Shown here: one piece after another, positions 36,224 to 46,547 of the stretch
How the letters are laid out: each line of letters begins with the position of its first letter
Numbering within the stretch: the first letter of the stretch is position 1
Assembly: GCA_963727445.1 (NCBI GenBank)
Contig: CAVSGI010000020.1
Span: forward strand, 384,001-448,000
Direction: 5' to 3'
DNA length: 64,000 nucleotides
Origin: an uncultured delta proteobacterium
Lineage (GTDB): Bacteria > Myxococcota_A > Polyangia > Polyangiales > B10-G4
Made by a program: the position numbers and the translations under genes
Notes under the pieces: generated by a model
Databases searched by the model: none
What the model was told of the DNA's origin: nothing
Seen by the model: the letters and a program-made list of their open reading frames with translations, nothing else

Positions 36224-38822
36224 AAGTCGCCACGAAGTCGCCGCCGCTGGTGGTGGTGAGGCTGTCGACGACGATCAAATAGGCCACCCCCATGGTCGCC
36301 GTGAAGGAGAGGGTGGTCGTGTTGCCGGTAGGTATGGTGCACGTCCCGCTCGCCTCCGCCGCGCTGCACACACCGCCGCCGTAGTAGAGGCTCGGGCCCC
36401 ACCCGTCCGCCGTCTCCACCGAGATGGTCAAGAGCCCCGTCCGGGCGGGCGTGACCAGATAGGCGAAGTCGGGTGCGCCGTCGACGACGCAGCTCGCCCC
36501 AGCGCTCTTCGTGTCGTCGAAAGCGTGAAGCGTGGTGTCCGTCTCGGTGAGCTCCTCCATCAGGTCGATGCTGATCGGCTTGGGCGCGTCGCAGGTCCCC
36601 ACGTCGTCGAAGGGCTGATACCAGGCGTCGAGGGTGTAGTCGCCCTGGGCGAAGGGCGTCTCGCCATCCACGTAGACGAAGAGCATCGACGGGGCGTCGA
36701 GGATCTCGAGGCGAGAGGTCGTGAACCCGGGCGCCACGTTGTCGTTGCAACCGAGCTCGCTCAGCGCGTCCGGCCCGCATCCCGTCATGATCGACCGCGC
36801 GTGCAGAGCGGTGTCGAAGCCTGTGCCCCCCTCGGTGGACAAGCCCACCCGCCCCACACCCGGCGCCGTCACTTGGTAGACGACGTCCAGCGCGTCCTCC
36901 CCTCCGCAGTCCCCTGCGCCATTGTCGAAGGCGGTGGCGGTGGAGCCCGTCACGGTCGCCGTCCTCGCATCGAGGCTGATGTCAATCGGCCCGTCGCAAG
37001 CGCCCTCCACCGGGTACGGCAGGTAGCGGAAGTCGAGCTGGTAGTCACCGCGGCTCGTGGGTCCGTTTCCGTCCACTACGAAGTAGAGCTCGTCCCCTTC
37101 GTTGACGTAGCCCTGGATCCGCGACGTCACGAAGCCGGCCTGCACGTCGTTGTTGCATATGCGCTCCGGAGGGGCCTCGCACACGTCCCGGGCGTAGAGC
37201 ACCGTGTCGAAGGTGGTCGAGCCTTCGGTGCTCGCGACATAGCGCCCCTCGGCGGGCGTCGTGAAGTGATAGACGTGCTCCGGCGCCCCGCCGCTGGTGG
37301 CACAGTCGGTGGCGGCATCGAGGTCGGAAAAGGCCCGCGCCGTCGAGCCCGTGTCCGAATAGGTTCCTCCCTCCGCCGGGACCGTGATCTCCGTCGGGGC
37401 GTCGCAGGTGCCACTGCCGGTGGCGTCGTTGGCCACGTACCAGAAGTCGAGCTCGTAGTCGCCGAGGCTGATCGCGTTGTTTCCGTCGACGAAGAGATAC
37501 ACCGGCTCGCCTTCGGCCACGTCCGTTTGCAGCCGTGAGGAGACGAGCCCCGGCGCGTCGTTGTCGTTGCAGACCACCTCTGCACCCGAATCGTCGCAGG
37601 CGCTCCGCGCGTAGAGCACGGTGTCGAAGACGGTCATGCCCTGAGTGCTCGCACCGATTCGCCCGTCCGCCGGGGGGGTGAACTGGTAGACGACCTCCGG
37701 CGCTCCGTTGGCCATCGCGCAGGTCCCCTGGGCGTCGTCGAAGGCGCCGATGGTGGTGCCGGTGACATGGAAGACGCCGTCGGCGTCGGGTTCGATGGGG
37801 ATGGGCATGGAGCAGTCGGTCCCCGGTCCTCCCGACATGCGGACCGTCACCTGGAAGGTGCCCGCGGACGTACCGTTGCCATCGACGAAGAGATAGACGG
37901 GCTCTCCGTCCATGACATCCAGCTGCATCCGAGACGTGGGAACCCCTGGGTTGACGTTGTCGTTGCACGCGAACTCGGGCATCGGCACGATGCATTCGCT
38001 CCGGGCGTAGATGACGGTATCGAAGACCGTCGCGGCGCCCTCGGTCGAGACTTCGATGCGACCGTCGTCCTCCGGAACGAAGCGCAGCACCACGTCCTTG
38101 CCGTCCTCGGCCGCTGCGCAGCTCCCGACGGCGTGGTCCATCTCGTCCGCGGTGTCCCCGTAGTAGACGTACGCTCCGTCCGAAAGCGTCGCGCCCGCCA
38201 GCGCCAAATCGATGGGAGCGTCGCACGAGCCTTCGGGAGTGCAGGTGGCGCTGCAGCCGTCGTTGTCCCGGAGGTTGCCGTCGTCGCACCTTTCACCAGC
38301 GTCCAAGAAGCCATCGCCGCAGCCCACGACGCCGTAGGGCGGCAGGGTGGACCCGTCGATGTCGCCGTTGACGCAGTGACCGTCCCGGCAGCTGAGCGGG
38401 GCGCTGCAATCGACGTCGATGCACGCATCTTCGAGAACCAGACGCAGCTGACGGATCTCACCAGAGAGGAAGCCGGTTGTCGCGCGCACGACCGCGACCG
38501 GATTGGTGTCGGAATCGGCGGTCAGCGCGGCGGCCTCGACGCGGAAGCGCCGGTTTGCGTCGTTGTCGATGGGCTTGATGCCGAAGCTGAATGGGAAGCT
38601 CAGGGCTTCGTCGTCGCCGATCACCACCATGTGCGCCGGGACGTCGGGCTCGTCGGTCGGGATCTCGTCGCCGGACCAGACGAAGAGCCGGAGCCGCGCG
38701 GCCTGCATCTGCACGCCCTCCTGGGCGTCGACGATCACCAGCACCTCGCTGAAAGGCTCGCCTGCACACGACGTGACCAAGAACGACGCAGCGAGCGCGA
38801 GGAGGGCGCGCTTCAGCGCCAC
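36210..38822 (-). CDS. Large lipoprotein with Myxococcus Cys-rich repeat (DUF4215-like) and five ~120-aa PPC-like repeats
   Basis: VTSC lipobox; CGDG..ERCDDGN..DGCSATC; repeats of STEG.T.FDTVLYAR..C..CND..SR..V..G..YLFVDG. Confidence 0.85.
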   Translation of the reverse strand: MALKRALLALAASFLVTSCAGEPFSEVLVIVDAQEGVQMQAARLRLFVWSGDEIPTDEPDVPAHMVVIGDDEALSFPFSFGIKPIDNDANRRFRVEAAALTADSDTNPVAVVRATTGFLSGEIRQLRLVLEDACIDVDCSAPLSCRDGHCVNGDIDGSTLPPYGVVGCGDGFLDAGERCDDGNLRDNDGCSATCTPEGSCDAPIDLALAGATLSDGAYVYYGDTADEMDHAVGSCAAAEDGKDVVLRFVPEDDGRIEVSTEGAATVFDTVIYARSECIVPMPEFACNDNVNPGVPTSRMQLDVMDGEPVYLFVDGNGTSAGTFQVTVRMSGGPGTDCSMPIPIEPDADGVFHVTGTTIGAFDDAQGTCAMANGAPEVVYQFTPPADGRIGASTQGMTVFDTVLYARSACDDSGAEVVCNDNDAPGLVSSRLQTDVAEGEPVYLFVDGNNAISLGDYELDFWYVANDATGSGTCDAPTEITVPAEGGTYSDTGSTARAFSDLDAATDCATSGGAPEHVYHFTTPAEGRYVASTEGSTTFDTVLYARDVCEAPPERICNNDVQAGFVTSRIQGYVNEGDELYFVVDGNGPTSRGDYQLDFRYLPYPVEGACDGPIDISLDARTATVTGSTATAFDNGAGDCGGEDALDVVYQVTAPGVGRVGLSTEGGTGFDTALHARSIMTGCGPDALSELGCNDNVAPGFTTSRLEILDAPSMLFVYVDGETPFAQGDYTLDAWYQPFDDVGTCDAPKPISIDLMEELTETDTTLHAFDDTKSAGASCVVDGAPDFAYLVTPARTGLLTISVETADGWGPSLYYGGGVCSAAEASGTCTIPTGNTTTLSFTATMGVAYLIVVDSLTTTSGGDFVATFSLD

Positions 38823-39400
38823 GTCAGCACCTCGAGCACCTGTCCGAGATCACCCTGAACCGGATCCGGTCCGCCGCCCCCACTCGCGGCCACGGCCACC
38901 CCGATGGCGACGCCCGCGCCAACCGCGATGACGCCGCCGACGATCGCCCAAAACCACCACTTGGAGAAGATGCTCCCGGATTCTTCCTGGGGGGACTCCG
39001 TCTGCCCCTCCGGCTCGGTGAGGGTCTGCGCCGCGGTGATGCGCGCGCGCAGCTCCCGGATCCGGATCTCCACGTCTTCGCGGTTCACCGCGTCCGGCAT
39101 CTGATCCAGGTAGCTCTGGAAAGCTTCGAGCGCCCGCTCGTCCATCGCGAGTCGCGCGGCACACTGGCCGATGTTGAAGAGGAGCTCGGCGTGCTGGCTC
39201 AGCTCATAGGCGCGCTCGAAGTTGTCGAGCGCTTCTTGGTACTGACCCGCCTCGAAGTCGACCCGGGCGCGCTCGAAGCGCCACCGCGCTTCGTCCTCGG
39301 TGTCGTCCTCGGTTGCCGCGTCGTCCTGCGCGGCGACGGGCGCGCTCAGCGCCAGCCACGACGAGGAAGCCAGGAGGAAGACGAGCAAGAAGCGAGGCAC
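38813..39400 (-). CDS. Secreted TPR protein with C-terminal TM
   Basis: Signal peptide; EAR..FE..F.AGQY.EAL..FERAYEL..LLFNIGQC; KWWFW TM. Confidence 0.87.
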   Translation of the reverse strand: MPRFLLVFLLASSSWLALSAPVAAQDDAATEDDTEDEARWRFERARVDFEAGQYQEALDNFERAYELSQHAELLFNIGQCAARLAMDERALEAFQSYLDQMPDAVNREDVEIRIRELRARITAAQTLTEPEGQTESPQEESGSIFSKWWFWAIVGGVIAVGAGVAIGVAVAASGGGGPDPVQGDLGQVLEVLTWR

Positions 39401-39474
39401 GCGGAGAGGATACGCGCGCCGCGACCAGATTTGGAGTAACCCGCCGTTCGGCGCGGTCTGCTATGGTCGCTTCG

Positions 39475-41457
39475 ATGCTGCCGCTGGGCGTGCGGGCTGG
39501 GGATGGCGCGAGCGCCGTCGGGCTTCCGACAGAGGCGCTCCTCCGCCACGTCCTGGCGCTCGGCTCCCGCGGCTCCGGCAAGAGCGTCTTCTGCAAGGTG
39601 GTGGTCGAGGAAGCGGTCCGCGCCGGGATTCCCGTGATCGCCGTCGATCCCCAGGGCGACCTGGTCAGCCTCGCCCTCTTCGGGGACGAGGCGGAGCTCG
39701 CGCGGCGCGGCGCCGACCCCCGGGCCGCGCGCGAGTTCCACGAGCGGGCGGAGGTGGTGGTGTTCACGCCGGCGTCGCGCCGCGGGATCCCGCTCTGTGC
39801 CGATCCGGTGCACTCCGCGCCGTCGACCGTGGGCGCACGGCGGATGCTCTTCACCGGTGGGGTGCCCATCGACGCCGAGACGCTCCTCGGCCTCGGTCCG
39901 CACCGCACGCCGGGCCGGGTCCGCGTGTCGATCATCTATCTGGGCACCCTTCACTCGCAGGACGACAAGGACCTCATCGTCGCGGCGCTCGCCGATCGCC
40001 TCTACCGCTGGATGCTGCAGCACCCGTGCAAGGAGCCCCAGGCGCTCTTGTACGTGGACGAGGTGGCTCCCTTCGTTCCGCCGGCGCGCAAACCAGCGTG
40101 CAAGGAAGGCCTCACCGTCCTGCTGGAGCAGGCCCGCAAGTATGGCGTCGGCTGCATGATGGCGACCCAGAACCCGTGCGACGTGGACCATCGGGCGATG
40201 GGGCAATTCGGCACCTGGGCGCTCGGCCGCCTGAGCGCGCGTCAGGACATCGCGAAGATCGAGCCGTCCCTCAGGGCGCTCGCGCCCGACGACGCCGACG
40301 CCATCGCCGCGCGTCTGCCGCAGCTCCGGCCGGGGGAGCTCGTCCTCGTGAGCCCGGACCATCACCCGGAGCCCGTGCCGCTGATCACGCGCTGGCTCTA
40401 CAGCGACCACCGCACCATCGACGAGACGGGGCTCGCCGAGATCGTGACCGCGGACCAGCGCGCGCGCTTCGCCCCGCTCGTGAAGAAGGAGATGGGCAAC
40501 GAGGACCCCACGCGGTCGGTGGTGAGCGCTCCCGCACGCCCCGAAGCCCCGACGCCGGTCCCCCCGCCCCCCGAAGAGCCCATCCCCTTCGCAGGCGACG
40601 CGGCCGAAGCGTTTTCCCCCAGCGCCCCGACCCTCCTGGTCTCCGCCGATGGCGTGGTGGACCGGCGCGACGAGCCGGGGGTCCGCTGGGCCCGGAAGTT
40701 GGCGCAGAGCACGTCGATGACAGCCAAGGAGTTCGCCGAGCGGGCGGAGATGTCGGTGGCCAAGGCGCGCCGTGTCCTCGGCGCGTTGATCGAGAGCGGC
40801 GACGCGGGGCGATACAAGGAGGGCCGGAGCTATCGCTATTGGGCGACGTCGAATGGGGCGCGCCCGGATCTGTCCCTGCCCGACAAGGTCAGCACCGTCG
40901 CTGCCGCGCTCGGACAAGACGACGCGGAGAAGCTCGGGGAGCAGGCGGCGCGCGGCAAGCTCCTGGGCTTCATCGGTGACGCCGAGCGCTTCGAATCGGC
41001 GGAGCTCGTTCACCGCCTGCTCTACCGTGTGGACTTCGACGAGAAGGTGCCGGCGCCGATCCTGTCCCGTTTCCTCGGCGGCCCGAAGGCCGTGCTCGCA
41101 GGCAGCGTGTACCTGCATCCCAGTCGCCTGGACGTGCTGGTCCTGAGCGAAAAGGACGGGATGAGCTTCGTCGCGAATCCGAAGAAACACGTCAGCGCGG
41201 TCGAGGATCTCGACGGGGTGGCGGCCTTCGTCGACGTGCCGCCCGGCACGCTCACGCTCGAGGAGAGCGACTGGGAGAGCCCGGCGTCACAGGAGCGGGT
41301 GCGCGCGCGCTTCGCGGAGCTCTTCGAGGCGCGGGCCCGCGCGGTCAGCCCGGTTCTGATCCCGCTCTGGCGGCTGTCGCTGACAGCCGGTGGCGGCAAG
41401 AAGAAGCGGCTGGTGCTTGTCGATGCGGTGGTGGGTCGTCCCGTCACCTGGGACTGA
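39475..41457 (+). CDS. HerA/FtsK-like (DUF87/DUF853) P-loop ATPase with C-terminal HTH-like region
   Basis: RHVLALGSRGSGKS, VDPQGD, LLYVDE, QARKYGVG.MMATQNP; MTAKEFAERAEMSVAKARRVL. Confidence 0.85.
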   Translation: MLPLGVRAGDGASAVGLPTEALLRHVLALGSRGSGKSVFCKVVVEEAVRAGIPVIAVDPQGDLVSLALFGDEAELARRGADPRAAREFHERAEVVVFTPASRRGIPLCADPVHSAPSTVGARRMLFTGGVPIDAETLLGLGPHRTPGRVRVSIIYLGTLHSQDDKDLIVAALADRLYRWMLQHPCKEPQALLYVDEVAPFVPPARKPACKEGLTVLLEQARKYGVGCMMATQNPCDVDHRAMGQFGTWALGRLSARQDIAKIEPSLRALAPDDADAIAARLPQLRPGELVLVSPDHHPEPVPLITRWLYSDHRTIDETGLAEIVTADQRARFAPLVKKEMGNEDPTRSVVSAPARPEAPTPVPPPPEEPIPFAGDAAEAFSPSAPTLLVSADGVVDRRDEPGVRWARKLAQSTSMTAKEFAERAEMSVAKARRVLGALIESGDAGRYKEGRSYRYWATSNGARPDLSLPDKVSTVAAALGQDDAEKLGEQAARGKLLGFIGDAERFESAELVHRLLYRVDFDEKVPAPILSRFLGGPKAVLAGSVYLHPSRLDVLVLSEKDGMSFVANPKKHVSAVEDLDGVAAFVDVPPGTLTLEESDWESPASQERVRARFAELFEARARAVSPVLIPLWRLSLTAGGGKKKRLVLVDAVVGRPVTWD

Positions 41458-41466
41458 CCTCTGCGC

Positions 41467-42306
41467 TCAGCTTCCGACGCGGAGGCGCTTCGACACGTAC
41501 TGCGGCTTCACGAAGGCGGCGCGATGGAGGTCGCGGTTGTACGTCTTGGAGCGCTCTTCGATCCGCGACGCACGCGCGACGTCGACCGCCATCGGATCGG
41601 CACCGTCGGTCGCGTAGGTCCACGACCAAATGCCCGCCGAGTAGAGCGGAGCCGGCCCGAAGTACGGATGCACCGCCCGGAAGACGCCCTCGAGCGTGTC
41701 CTGGATCTCGTGGAAGACGTGGTCGAGGAGCGGCGATTCGCTCTGCAGCGCGAAGACGCCGCCGACGGCGAGGTTCTTCTTCACGCTCCGGTAGAACGCT
41801 TCGTCGAAGAGTCCTTCGCCCGGGCCCACGGGATCGGTGCCGTCGAGCAGGATCACGTCCCAGGGGGGATCGTTCGACTCGCGGAGGTAGGTGATGCCAT
41901 CGGCGATGCGCAGGTCGAGGCGAGGGTCCTCCCACGCGCCGAGGGTCGGGAGGTGCGCCTTCGACGCCTCGACCACCATCGCGTCGATCTCGACCATCGC
42001 GACCTCTTCGACCTCGGGATGCCGGAGCACTTCCCGCGCCGTCCCCCCGTCCCCGCCGCCGATGATCAGCACTCGCCGGATCCGCGGGGCAGAACAGAGC
42101 GCGGGGTGCACCAGCATCTCGTGGTAGAGGAATTCCTCCGCTTCACTGGTCATGAAGACCCCGTCGATCACCAGCACCCGCCCGAAGCGGACGGTGTCGA
42201 GGACCTCCACCTTCTGATGCTCGCTCTGCCCTTCGAAGACGCGCTCTTTCACGGCCAGCCCGTAGCGCATGCGCTCCCGATACGTCTCTTCGTACCAATC
42301 CGTCAC
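41467..42306 (-). CDS. speE: Polyamine aminopropyltransferase (spermidine synthase)
   Basis: SEHQ..FGRVLVIDG..EFLYHEMLVH; VLIIGGGDGGTAREV; VEID; DGTDPVGP; QSESP. Confidence 0.95.
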   Translation of the reverse strand: MTDWYEETYRERMRYGLAVKERVFEGQSEHQKVEVLDTVRFGRVLVIDGVFMTSEAEEFLYHEMLVHPALCSAPRIRRVLIIGGGDGGTAREVLRHPEVEEVAMVEIDAMVVEASKAHLPTLGAWEDPRLDLRIADGITYLRESNDPPWDVILLDGTDPVGPGEGLFDEAFYRSVKKNLAVGGVFALQSESPLLDHVFHEIQDTLEGVFRAVHPYFGPAPLYSAGIWSWTYATDGADPMAVDVARASRIEERSKTYNRDLHRAAFVKPQYVSKRLRVGS

Positions 42307-42352
42307 TCGATCCCTCTTGAACTCTGGCGGAAGGCACTGCATAGCACGGCTC

Positions 42353-43165
42353 GTGCGCAGATCCGGAATCGTCACGGGGCTCGTCGCCGCGAGCCTGGTG
42401 CTCGCGGTCGCGGCTTGCGACGACTGCGGAGGCGAGGCGCCTGCCGCGGACAGTCGACCAGGGCCGGCGGTGGAGACGCGAGAGCCCGCGCCTCCGGGAG
42501 ATCCGATCGTCCCGGTCGTGCGCCCCATCGAGGACGCTGACGGCGCGCGCTACTCCCTCTACCGTTTCCGGTTCGACCTCTCGGAGGCCGAGATCCACGT
42601 GGCCGATCTCGATTTCGATCGGACGCTCGGCGATGCCCTCGAGGCCGAAGGAGCCCTGCTCGCGATCAACGGCGGCTACTGGGACACGGAGAAGCAGCCC
42701 GAGGGATTGACGCGCGTCGGCGGTCGCGAGATCGCGCCTCTCTCCGCCGCACTCGGTGGCGGCGTGCTGGTGATCGACGACGGGGTGGGCCGGCTCTACG
42801 ACGCCGAGGCCCCGAGCCTTTCGATCCCCGACGACGCCGACTTCGCGCAGCAGTGCATGCCGCGCATCGTGGTCGATGGCGAGCTCAACATCCGCCGCAA
42901 CGATGGCCGGCGCGCCGACCGCACGGCGCTCTGCCTTCGCGACGGTGGGCACACCCTCGACGTCTACGTCGCGCGCGCCGCGCAGGTGGACGGACACGGA
43001 GGACCGACGCTGTGGAGCTTCGGCGAGGTGCTGGTCCACGAGGGATGCGAAAACGCCCTGAACCTCGATGGCGGGAGCTCCACCGGTGCGGTGTGGCAGA
43101 GCCCCGAGGGCCAGGAGCGCCTGCCCCCGCGCGTGGCGCTCCGGCTGGCGCTCCTCTTCGAGTAG
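42353..43165 (+). CDS. Phosphodiester glycosidase (NAGPA/DUF2233) family lipoprotein
   Basis: AINGGYW; RTAL; ALNLDGGSST; lipobox VAAC. Confidence 0.85.
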   Translation: MRRSGIVTGLVAASLVLAVAACDDCGGEAPAADSRPGPAVETREPAPPGDPIVPVVRPIEDADGARYSLYRFRFDLSEAEIHVADLDFDRTLGDALEAEGALLAINGGYWDTEKQPEGLTRVGGREIAPLSAALGGGVLVIDDGVGRLYDAEAPSLSIPDDADFAQQCMPRIVVDGELNIRRNDGRRADRTALCLRDGGHTLDVYVARAAQVDGHGGPTLWSFGEVLVHEGCENALNLDGGSSTGAVWQSPEGQERLPPRVALRLALLFE

Positions 43166-43237
43166 AGAGCTGGTCCGCCCCACTTGCGTGCCCGTGCCCG
43201 TGCGCGACGATCGTCCGCGCAACGCTCGCGGAGTACG

Positions 43238-44506
43238 TCAGCCGAGCCAGTCGACGATCGCTCGGATCGCGGTCACCACGTTCTGGCAGTGAGCCTCGAG
43301 CCAGGCGACCTCCATCGCATCGTCGCTGGCGGCGTCGAGGGCGGCTTCCCCATCGAAGTCCACGTAGGCCATGCGCGTCGTGAGCTCCTGGGTCGGGCGG
43401 CCGAAGTCGCTGCCGGGCAGGATGGCTACGCCCGTCTCTTCCAGCAGGCGTTCGCAGAGAGCGGCGCTCGTCTCGATGCCGCGGGTGGCGAGCGCCTCGC
43501 GGTGCGCGCCGAAGTCGGGGAAGAGGTAGAAGCCGCCTTCGGGCGCGGGCGCGTCGACCTTCGCCGAGGCGAGCTGGCCATGAGCCCAGCGCGCGAGGGC
43601 TCCGAGGACGCGGCGGGAGCGCACGAGGTAGTCCTCGAGGTCGGCCGATCCGTCGAAGGCGGTGACCGCTGCGTGCTGGATGGGTGCGCTCACCGACGTG
43701 TAGGTCTCGCTCGCGGCGACGGCCATCGCGTCGTGAAGCCAGGAGAGGCCCTTCGGGAAGACGAAGGTGCCGAGACGCCAGCCGCCTGCGCCGCACCACT
43801 TCGAGAGCCCTCCCGAGACGATGGTGCCTTCGGGGTAGTCCACCGCGATGGAGCCGTGGGCGCCGCGGTGGTCGACCTCGCCGTAGATCTCGTCGCTGAC
43901 CACCACCAGAGCGTGCTTCCGAGCGACCTCCGCGAGCGCGGCGCGGCGCTCGGGCGAAAGGGTGACGCCGGTCGGATTCGAGGGGTAGTTGAGGATCAGG
44001 ACCTGGGGCACGTCCCCGCCCGCGGCGCACGCGCGCTCGAGGGCGTCGGGGGTCAGCATCCAATCGCTCTCGCGGCTCGTCTCGATCCAGCGCACGGGGC
44101 GGCCGATGATGCGCGCCTGCGGTTGGTAGCTCACCCAGGATGGACTCGGGATGATCAGCTCGCCCTGGTGACAGAGCTGGAGCAGGAACATCAGCTCCTT
44201 GCTCCCGGGTCCCACCAGCACGTCGTCCGCGTCCCGCGCGATGCCGAGGGTGCGCTTCGCGTGGCCGGCCACCGCAGCGCGGAGTGCGCGAAGCCCACGC
44301 ACCGGCAGATAGTCCTTCTGGTGCGCGTTCTTGCGCAGGCTCGCGACGACGTCCTTCGGGACGGGGAAGGGCGACTGGCCCAGGCCCAGCTTGTAGATCG
44401 TTCGTCCCTCGGCGCGGAGCGCGTCGCTGCGCTCGTTGATCGCGACGGTCGCCGACGGCGTCATGCCGCGGACGTTGGGGTTCAGACTCGGTATGGGGGC
44501 GACCAT
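43238..44506 (-). CDS. PLP-dependent aminotransferase class I/II
   Basis: LGLGQSPFP; PGSKE; NYPSNPTG; SDEIY; GLSKWCGAGGWRLG. Confidence 0.93.
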   Translation of the reverse strand: MVAPIPSLNPNVRGMTPSATVAINERSDALRAEGRTIYKLGLGQSPFPVPKDVVASLRKNAHQKDYLPVRGLRALRAAVAGHAKRTLGIARDADDVLVGPGSKELMFLLQLCHQGELIIPSPSWVSYQPQARIIGRPVRWIETSRESDWMLTPDALERACAAGGDVPQVLILNYPSNPTGVTLSPERRAALAEVARKHALVVVSDEIYGEVDHRGAHGSIAVDYPEGTIVSGGLSKWCGAGGWRLGTFVFPKGLSWLHDAMAVAASETYTSVSAPIQHAAVTAFDGSADLEDYLVRSRRVLGALARWAHGQLASAKVDAPAPEGGFYLFPDFGAHREALATRGIETSAALCERLLEETGVAILPGSDFGRPTQELTTRMAYVDFDGEAALDAASDDAMEVAWLEAHCQNVVTAIRAIVDWLG

Positions 44507-44517
44507 GCCTCGTCGTA

Positions 44518-45312
44518 TCACATGGGGATGCCGAGGGAGAGCTGCCCTCGCGGCAGGCCCACCTCGACCGCCAGCGTCTCGTCCTGATGGGCCACCGAGA
44601 TCTCGACGTGGCGATGGCGAGACAGCGCGCGCTCGGCGGCGCGGCGCGCCAGATGCGGCTCGTTGTTCGCTTGCGAGAGGTGCATGAGCACCACCCGCTC
44701 GAGCCCCGGAGCCAGCGCCTCGAGGGCGCCCGCCATCTGCGCGTTCGACAGGTGGCCAGCGCCGCTCGCGATGCGCTTCTGGATCTCGGGCGGATAAGGG
44801 CCGGCTCTGAGGAGCGTCGGCTCGTGGTTGGCCTCGATGAAGAGCGTGCCGACGCCGCGGAGATGGTCGAGGAGGTCGCGATGGACCCAGCCGAGGTCGG
44901 TGACCAGCGCCGCGCGCTTTGCTTCGGCGGCGAAGACCAGCGCGACCTGCGGTGCGTCGTGAGGCACCGGATGAGGACGGATCTCGAGCCCGCCGACGCG
45001 GAAGGGGGCGCGGGGGCCGATGACCCGGCTCTGGGGCAGAGAGCCGAGCTCGGCGCTCCGGCGGGTGGCCTCGGTCAGATAGACGGGCGCGTCGAAGTGC
45101 ATGGCACAGGCGCGTGCGTGGCCAACGTGATCGCCGTGGGCGTGGGTCAGGACGAGCGCGTCGATACGGCCCAGTGGTGCGTCGTGTGCACCTTCGGCGC
45201 GCCGCTCGATCTCCTTCGGGGACAGTCCCGCGTCGACGAGGACGCGCACTCCGCCCGCCTCCACGAGTGTGCAGTTGCCACGACTTCCGCTTCCGAGGAC
45301 AGTGACGCGCAT
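44518..45312 (-). CDS. MBL-fold metallo-hydrolase (YycJ/WalJ-like)
   Basis: [39 protein letters not shown]. Confidence 0.92.
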   Translation of the reverse strand: MRVTVLGSGSRGNCTLVEAGGVRVLVDAGLSPKEIERRAEGAHDAPLGRIDALVLTHAHGDHVGHARACAMHFDAPVYLTEATRRSAELGSLPQSRVIGPRAPFRVGGLEIRPHPVPHDAPQVALVFAAEAKRAALVTDLGWVHRDLLDHLRGVGTLFIEANHEPTLLRAGPYPPEIQKRIASGAGHLSNAQMAGALEALAPGLERVVLMHLSQANNEPHLARRAAERALSRHRHVEISVAHQDETLAVEVGLPRGQLSLGIPM

Positions 45313-45353
45313 CTTGCGATTGGCTAGAGTGGCCCACCTCGCGGGGAGACGCC

Positions 45354-46016
45354 ATGGCCGACACCGACAACGATCCGCGGAGCACGATCGTCGCGCTCTG
45401 CCGCCAGTTCTACGGCCTCGGATGGGTCTCCGGCACCGGCGGGGGGATCAGCATCCGCGAGGATGGCAAGATCTACATGGCGCCGAGCGGCGTTCAGAAG
45501 GAGCGCCTCCGACGAGAGGACCTCTTCGTCCTGGACGAAGCGGGCGAGGTGATCACCACACCCACCGCCGGCGGCGAGAAGGTCAGCGCTTGCGCGCCGC
45601 TGTTCATGAATGCTTTTCGGATCCGCGACGCGGGCGCCGTGCTCCACAGCCATAGCGTCCACGCGATGCTCGCCACCCTGGTCTACGAGGACGCCTTCCG
45701 GGTGACGCACCTCGAGATGATGAAGGGCATCACCGGCACCGGCTATCACGACGAGCTGGTGGTGCCGATCATCGAGAACAAGGCGCACGAGGCCGAGCTC
45801 GCCGAGTCGATGGCGGCCGCCATGGAGGCTCATCCCGACAGCCACGCGGTCTTGGTGCGCCGGCACGGCGTCTACGTCTGGGGTGCGGACTGGGTCGAGG
45901 CGAAGACCCACGCCGAGTGTTACGACTACCTCTTCGAGGCGGCGGTGCGGATGAAGCAGCTGGGCTTCGACCCGAGCTCGGCCCCCGCTCCCTCGATTCG
46001 ACGAGTGGGGTTCTGA
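45354..46016 (+). CDS. mtnB: Methylthioribulose-1-phosphate dehydratase
   Basis: [50 protein letters not shown]. Confidence 0.95.
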   Translation: MADTDNDPRSTIVALCRQFYGLGWVSGTGGGISIREDGKIYMAPSGVQKERLRREDLFVLDEAGEVITTPTAGGEKVSACAPLFMNAFRIRDAGAVLHSHSVHAMLATLVYEDAFRVTHLEMMKGITGTGYHDELVVPIIENKAHEAELAESMAAAMEAHPDSHAVLVRRHGVYVWGADWVEAKTHAECYDYLFEAAVRMKQLGFDPSSAPAPSIRRVGF

Positions 46017-46017
46017 G

Positions 46018-46470
46018 ATGCACGCGCACTGGCTGCAAGACGAGGACGAAGGCGAGATCACCATCGACGAGCTCCGCACCCAGGGGGTGCACTTCGAGCA
46101 GCTCTCGACGGATCCCGCCCACTATCAGGGGCCCATCGACGTCCTGAAGAAGGACAAGGGCTACGTCGAGCAGGACGAGGTCGCGCTCAGCCCGGCGCTG
46201 CCGAACCTCGACGAGATCTGCGCCAAGTTCATCGACGAGCACCTGCACGACGAAGACGAGGTGCGCTTCGTTCTCGAGGGCGAAGGCATCTTCGACATCC
46301 GCTCCGAGGACGATCGGTGGATGCGGGTGAAGGTGGAGAAAGGCGACCTGATCGTGGTCCCGGCCGAGCGGCACCACCGCTTCATGCTCACCGACGAAAA
46401 GACCATCCGCTGCGTCCGCCTCTTCAAGGACCAGAGCGGCTGGGTCCCCCACTACCGGGATCGCGTCTGA
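46018..46470 (+). CDS. mtnD: Acireductone dioxygenase
   Basis: KFIDEHLHDEDEVRF..G.G.FDIR; PA..HHRF; RLF..GW. Confidence 0.95.
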   Translation: MHAHWLQDEDEGEITIDELRTQGVHFEQLSTDPAHYQGPIDVLKKDKGYVEQDEVALSPALPNLDEICAKFIDEHLHDEDEVRFVLEGEGIFDIRSEDDRWMRVKVEKGDLIVVPAERHHRFMLTDEKTIRCVRLFKDQSGWVPHYRDRV

Positions 46471-46547
46471 GCGCCGAAGACACGCGCGCCCTCGACTGCC
46501 GCGACGTTGACGCGCTCCTCGCGGCGCTCTCGCGGTAGAGTCCGCGC

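Noticed and set aside
45312..45354. Possible SAM riboswitch before mtnB
   Set aside because: The intergenic gap is only about 40 bp and holds divergent promoter signals; no aptamer motif
44507..45385. Apparent 715-aa aminotransferase
   Set aside because: The extension is an off-frame read of the MBL hydrolase gene; the aminotransferase starts at 44506
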